Source: Candidatus Falkowbacteria bacterium (lineage in GTDB: Bacteria; Patescibacteriota; Patescibacteriia; JAACEG01). Taken from it: 64,000 nt of DNA. The stretch is taken from assembly GCA_018651725.1 (NCBI GenBank), contig JABIDK010000002.1, forward strand, positions 36,904 through 100,903, given 5' to 3'. The translations under genes were made by a program, and so were the position numbers. The notes beneath the pieces are model-generated. The model saw only the letters and a list, made by a program, of their open reading frames with translations, was not told the DNA's origin and ran no database searches. Shown here one piece after another: positions 59,754 to 64,000 of the stretch; the stretch's first letter is position 1, and each line of letters starts with the position of its first letter.

Positions 59754-59841
59754 TATAGGTCTATTACATAATAAGCTATGTTACGAAATTTCCTCAAAAT
59801 CTGGGGATTGTAGTAATAGCTTATTATGTAATAGACCTATC
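59754..59841. repeat. Perfect 25-bp inverted repeat with 36-bp spacer abutting the wbaP-like start codon
   Basis: ATAGGTCTATTACATAATAAGCTAT...36 nt...ATAGCTTATTATGTAATAGACCTAT, with the second arm ending 3 nt before the ATG (coordinates ±1). Confidence 0.6.
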
Positions 59842-59843
59842 GT

Positions 59844-61223
59844 ATGAACTTAACTCAAAACACAAAAAAACTTGTCTTATTAGGTGGAGATATTACGATT
59901 CTCTATATTTCTTTATATTTAACTCTTATAGTCCGTTACAGTTGGCCTTTTGAAAATGGGTTATGGGAAAAACACTTTAACCCCTTTACAGTGGTATTTT
60001 TAATTTGGCTTATAGTATTTTATATATTTGGACTCTACGAAACAACTAAACAAAGAAACATTCTTCCATTCTACACTCTTCTTGGAAAAACCATAGGCGT
60101 AAACGCGGTTATTGTTATTACTTTTTTCTATTCAATACCTAATCTTGGAATTAGTCCGAAAAGAGTTTTGATTTTTTATTTAATTATTTCAACGATTTTA
60201 ATTTATGTTTGGAGACGGATTTATAATAGCCTTCTACGGTCAAAAGCAGCAGAAAATAATATTTTGATTATCGGTATTAACGACCGAGTGAAAGAAATAA
60301 TAGATCATATTAAAAAAAATCCTCAACTTGGTTATCGTGTAAAAACCATTATTAACGACGAAAACAAAAATACCGATGATATTAAAGGGGAAAAGAAAAT
60401 AATTAATGGTCCGGATTTTGATTTATCAAAAATAATCAAAGAAGAAAATATCCAAACAGTTGTTAATTCTATTGACCATCGTTACAATCAGCAACTAACA
60501 AAACAGCTTTATCAAAATCTGTCTTCGAAACTTTCATTTTTTGATTTACCGACTTTTTATGAAGAATTAATTGGTAAAATTCCGGTTAATTTAATCAATG
60601 AAATTTGGTTCTTAGAAAATTTACAAGAAAATAAAAAAAATATCCACGAGACCTTTAAAAGGCTAATGGATATAATTTTATCTGTACTCGGATTGATCAT
60701 TTCGATTCCTTTACTACCTCTACTTGCAGTTGCAATTAAACTAGACAGCAGGGGGCCTATATTTTTTACTCAAACCAGAACTGGAAAAGATAATAAAAAA
60801 TTCTTGGCAATGAAGCTTCGAACAATGATTGACGGTGCAGAGAAAAACGGAGCGCAGTGGGCAAAAGAAAATGATTCTCGCATAACAAAGCTTGGAAATT
60901 TTTTAAGAAAAACCAGAATCGATGAAATCCCGCAACTCTTAAATGTCTTGCGCGGAGAAATGAGCTTCATCGGCCCAAGACCAGAGCGACCGGAATTTAT
61001 TACAACCCTGGAAGAACATATTCCATTTTACAAACAACGCTTAATCGTCAAGCCCGGTCTAACCGGTTGGGCTCAAATTAATTTCCCCTACGGAGCCTCG
61101 ATCGAGGATGCCATGGAAAAAATGCAATACGATTTATTTTACATTAAAAATAGATCTATAATTTTAGATATAAGTATAATTCTAAAAACCGTAAATACGG
61201 TGTTACGTGGTGGAGGGAGATAA
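59844..61223 (+). CDS. Polyprenyl glycosylphosphotransferase (WbaP/WcaJ-type initiating sugar transferase)
   Basis: 4 N-terminal TM; C-terminal bacterial sugar-transferase domain DIILSVLGLIISIPLLPLLAVAIKLDSRGPIFFTQTRTGKDNKKF...FIGPRPERPEF. Confidence 0.9.
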   Translation: MNLTQNTKKLVLLGGDITILYISLYLTLIVRYSWPFENGLWEKHFNPFTVVFLIWLIVFYIFGLYETTKQRNILPFYTLLGKTIGVNAVIVITFFYSIPNLGISPKRVLIFYLIISTILIYVWRRIYNSLLRSKAAENNILIIGINDRVKEIIDHIKKNPQLGYRVKTIINDENKNTDDIKGEKKIINGPDFDLSKIIKEENIQTVVNSIDHRYNQQLTKQLYQNLSSKLSFFDLPTFYEELIGKIPVNLINEIWFLENLQENKKNIHETFKRLMDIILSVLGLIISIPLLPLLAVAIKLDSRGPIFFTQTRTGKDNKKFLAMKLRTMIDGAEKNGAQWAKENDSRITKLGNFLRKTRIDEIPQLLNVLRGEMSFIGPRPERPEFITTLEEHIPFYKQRLIVKPGLTGWAQINFPYGASIEDAMEKMQYDLFYIKNRSIILDISIILKTVNTVLRGGGR

Positions 61224-61316
61224 AAAATCATTTAAGCATCCAAACATATTATTAGAAACCTAAAAGTTACAATTTACAAACTGCTTCGTAAAAGTGAAAA
61301 ATACACCAAAACCGAT

Positions 61317-62534
61317 ATGGTGTATTTGTTTAAAGGTGGGAGTATTTTATCTTTTGGAAAATTTTTAAACTCTCTGATAATTTTTGGGGTGTCTATTATT
61401 TGGGCCAATTTTATTCCTAAAGAAATTTATGGCCAATATAAATATTTACTGTCTTTCGTTGGAATTTTCTCTCTTTTTTCATTAACCGGAATGGGGACTG
61501 CCCTTACTCAATCATTGTCAAGAAAAGAAAATTTAAACTTAATAAATAAAGTTTTAAAAATAAAAATAAAATGGAGTCTTTTAGGGACTGTCCTGGGATT
61601 AATCTTATCAGCTTATTATTTCTTTCTTAAATCAAATCCAATTCTAGCCACAACCTTTTTACTTATTTCTATTTTTCATATATTTATTAATAATTTTCCT
61701 ATTTATCAATCGATTTTAGTCGGTCAAAGAAAATTTGACACATTAATTAAAACAAACATTTTAATAAATTTAATATCGTCTTTAGCAACCATCATTACCA
61801 TACTTTTAACTGAAAATCTAATTATTCTTCTTTTTGTTTATTTAATTATAAATAGTTTCTTGCAAGTTAAAACATTTTTTTATATTAAAAATAAATACAC
61901 AAAAGAGGCAGAGAAAGACAAGGAAGAAGAGCAAGAAGTAGTAAAATACGGGAAACAACTAAGTGCTCTTGGAATTTTATCAAACGCAGCTAATTATTTA
62001 GACTCCTTGATAATATTTAATTTTATTAGCCCTGTTAGCTTAGCTGTTTATGCATTTGCTAAAGCCCTGCCAAACCAATTTAAAGGATTAATGAAAAATA
62101 TGCATTCATTAATCGTCCCCAAAGTTAGTGGTAATGACCCCCGTGACATTAAAAATGGTCTTAATAAAAAAACATCCTATCTGATAGTAATAGGATCCAT
62201 AGTTTTCTTATTATATTTTATTTTCACCCCTTTTGTTTTTGACACCTTTTACCCAAAATATAGTGAGTCTATCAAATATACGCAATTAATAGCCTTGGGC
62301 TTTGTTGTTTTACCGGCAAGAGTTTATCTTGATTCAATTTTTAATGCTCACAGACTAAAAAAAAGTCAAAACTTTAGAACTATTTTCACAAACATTTTTT
62401 TTATAGTAACCCTTTTAATACTAACTCCTCTCTGGGGAATATACGGGGTAATAACTTCAAAATTAATTTCCTATTATGCTTCTTTTTTTCTTTCCCTGAT
62501 ATTTCTTAAAAAAGAATTAACTATAAAACTTTAA
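61317..62534 (+). CDS. Polysaccharide biosynthesis membrane protein (Wzx/PST-family flippase-like)
   Basis: 405 aa, about 12 TM, short loops. Positioned after the initiating transferase. Confidence 0.5.
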   Translation: MVYLFKGGSILSFGKFLNSLIIFGVSIIWANFIPKEIYGQYKYLLSFVGIFSLFSLTGMGTALTQSLSRKENLNLINKVLKIKIKWSLLGTVLGLILSAYYFFLKSNPILATTFLLISIFHIFINNFPIYQSILVGQRKFDTLIKTNILINLISSLATIITILLTENLIILLFVYLIINSFLQVKTFFYIKNKYTKEAEKDKEEEQEVVKYGKQLSALGILSNAANYLDSLIIFNFISPVSLAVYAFAKALPNQFKGLMKNMHSLIVPKVSGNDPRDIKNGLNKKTSYLIVIGSIVFLLYFIFTPFVFDTFYPKYSESIKYTQLIALGFVVLPARVYLDSIFNAHRLKKSQNFRTIFTNIFFIVTLLILTPLWGIYGVITSKLISYYASFFLSLIFLKKELTIKL

Positions 62535-63755
62535 AATTTTATTGATCCATTTTTCTGATGAAAATTCTTCCTTAACTCTATCGAGTCCTGCTTTACCCAT
62601 TCCTTCGGCTTTAGTGGGATTTTTTAATAGATAAATTATTTTTTTTGAGATTAAATCAATATTCAAAGGATTTACAACATAGCCATTTTCTTCATCTTTT
62701 ATTGCGTCCTTACTGCCGCCAAAAATAGTGGCAACAACGGGTTTACCACAAGCCATTGCCTCCAAATTTATAGTCGGAAATGGATCCAAATAAACAGAAG
62801 GTACAATAATGATATCAGTTAGAGCATAATAAAATTTCATTTCTGTTCTAGGAACTCCGCCATTCAAAATAATATTACTTTCAAGACCAGCCTCCTTGAT
62901 AAAATTTTTCATTTTTTCAGTATAATCGTTTTTATCACCCAAAACGAATAAAACAGCGCTAGGGATATCTTTTGCAACTTCCTTCATTGATTTAATGACA
63001 ACTTCTCCGCCCTTAAGACCGCTAAGCCTGCCGGCAAATAAAATAATTTTTTTGTTTAATAAATTTTTGTTAGCTCTTATTCTTTCAACCTCTTCCATAT
63101 CCGCAGACCATTTACTAATATCAATTCCATTATTTATAACCTTGATATTTTTTATCTTATTTTGTTCTAGTGATTTTTTCAGCTCATCACTAACGCTAAA
63201 TATTTTTTTAAGATAAGAAAGGTAATGTCTTATAAAAAAATTACGGAAAGGGTTAAAAGATTTTTTACCTTTTTTAATTTGATCTTTCAAGCTTATCTTG
63301 TAATTTATATTATTTATATTTTGCAAATTATACTTTTTTGTAACAAAATGATTTAATTTAAATGAAAAAAAAGTCATAACATCATGAGCAGTAAAAAAAA
63401 CTTTATTAGTATAATCCTTAGCGATTTTCATTAAAGAAAATGGAAAATGAAAATATAAATTATGAAAATGTACTACATCCGGATTAACTTCTTTTAAAAA
63501 CTTTTTAAATTTTTTCTGGACTCTAAAATTATACAAACACAAATAAGATCTTGTGATATATCTATAATTTTTATTTTTTATTTTATAAATTTTAATACTT
63601 GATTCTTCTTGCCAACCTAGATCACTGTCAAAAGTCCCGGTAAAGACAAAGACATCGTGTCCTCTTTTTTGCAGTTCAACTGCTTGCTGATAAGCTATTC
63701 CCGAACCGCCGCCCCTATCCTTAGAAAAAAAAATACTAACTAAAACAATTTTCAT
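62517..63755 (-). CDS. Glycosyltransferase family 4 (GT-B)
   Basis: DRGGGSGIAYQQAVEL; C-terminal GGVPRTEM...E-x7-E-like region. Confidence 0.8.
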   Translation of the reverse strand: MKIVLVSIFFSKDRGGGSGIAYQQAVELQKRGHDVFVFTGTFDSDLGWQEESSIKIYKIKNKNYRYITRSYLCLYNFRVQKKFKKFLKEVNPDVVHFHNLYFHFPFSLMKIAKDYTNKVFFTAHDVMTFFSFKLNHFVTKKYNLQNINNINYKISLKDQIKKGKKSFNPFRNFFIRHYLSYLKKIFSVSDELKKSLEQNKIKNIKVINNGIDISKWSADMEEVERIRANKNLLNKKIILFAGRLSGLKGGEVVIKSMKEVAKDIPSAVLFVLGDKNDYTEKMKNFIKEAGLESNIILNGGVPRTEMKFYYALTDIIIVPSVYLDPFPTINLEAMACGKPVVATIFGGSKDAIKDEENGYVVNPLNIDLISKKIIYLLKNPTKAEGMGKAGLDRVKEEFSSEKWINKILKFYS

Positions 63756-63759
63756 AAAG

Positions 63760-64000
63760 CTATTTTTTTATATATCGTGATAATTCTGTAATTATTGTGC
63801 GTGAATCATCGTAAAATTTATTAAAACCCAATAAATTATTTCTAGGAAAATCAATACAGTTAATTATTTTATTTTCAATATCTTCCTTGTTATGCAATAT
63901 ATTATTCACAGAAAACCAATTATCTTTATTTCCCAAAAGTTCATTTCTTAAAACATTAATTTTTTCATCGTAAACGAAAGAAATAATCGGCAAGTAATCT
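63760..64000 (-). CDS. C-terminal fragment of a gene continuing beyond the window end (function unknown)
   Basis: Open minus-strand frame from the window edge to the stop at 63760. No motif recognised. Confidence 0.3.
   Translation of the reverse strand, partial: DYLPIISFVYDEKINVLRNELLGNKDNWFSVNNILHNKEDIENKIINCIDFPRNNLLGFNKFYDDSRTIITELSRYIKK

Noticed and set aside
59754-59841. Interpreting the 25-bp inverted repeat as terminal repeats of a MITE/IS element
   Set aside because: Only 36 bp between the arms, no transposase and no target-site duplication visible. Treated as a regulatory palindrome/hairpin unless more copies are found genome-wide.

Overview
This is a low-GC, tightly packed bacterial window, mostly minus-strand, with short or overlapping gene junctions. 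The gene content (many GT2/GT4/GT-C glycosyltransferases, few regulators, small genome feel) suggests a reduced-genome, possibly CPR/Patescibacteria-like organism; that lineage call is inference only. Layout: (1) 1-11.9 kb, co-directional envelope locus: Wzy_C/O-antigen-ligase-like protein with TPR tail, a TPR protein, a PMT/ArnT-like GT-C glycosyltransferase, a 1208-aa secreted Thr/Ser/Gly-rich surface protein, a DUF5667-like anti-sigma candidate, an LtaS-like sulfatase and an ECF sigma factor. (2) 12.3-20.5 kb, F1Fo ATP synthase operon (atpZ-like, atpB-E-F-H ... atpA-G-D-C) with a GT2 gene fused after atpC. It is split between atpH and atpA by two plus-strand (antisense) paralogous small zinc-ribbon genes. 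(3) 20.5-37.8 kb, housekeeping genes: Cas4/RecB-like nuclease, tatD, ruvC, yebC, tyrS, nusA, tig, VanW-like, Hsp20, glyQS, 3D-domain protein, murA, ispG, ispH, PEGA-like. This block also holds two promoter+terminator-bounded candidate non-coding RNAs: a ~400-nt GC-rich one next to tyrS and a ~150-nt long-stem one after tig. (4) 37.8-64 kb, a large glycan-biosynthesis locus: galU, five GT2, rmlA/B/C/D, an NhaD/ArsB-like permease, Nudix, HIT, two GT-C-like polytopic membrane proteins, three GT4, a DPM1-like GT2 plus a small membrane partner, a UXS-like dehydratase, an S8 protease with FG-GAP repeats, WbaP-type initiating transferase and a Wzx-like flippase. I recognised no tRNA, rRNA, CRISPR array, transposase or integrase. 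Coordinates of non-ORF features come from manual indexing and may be off by ±1-2 nt.
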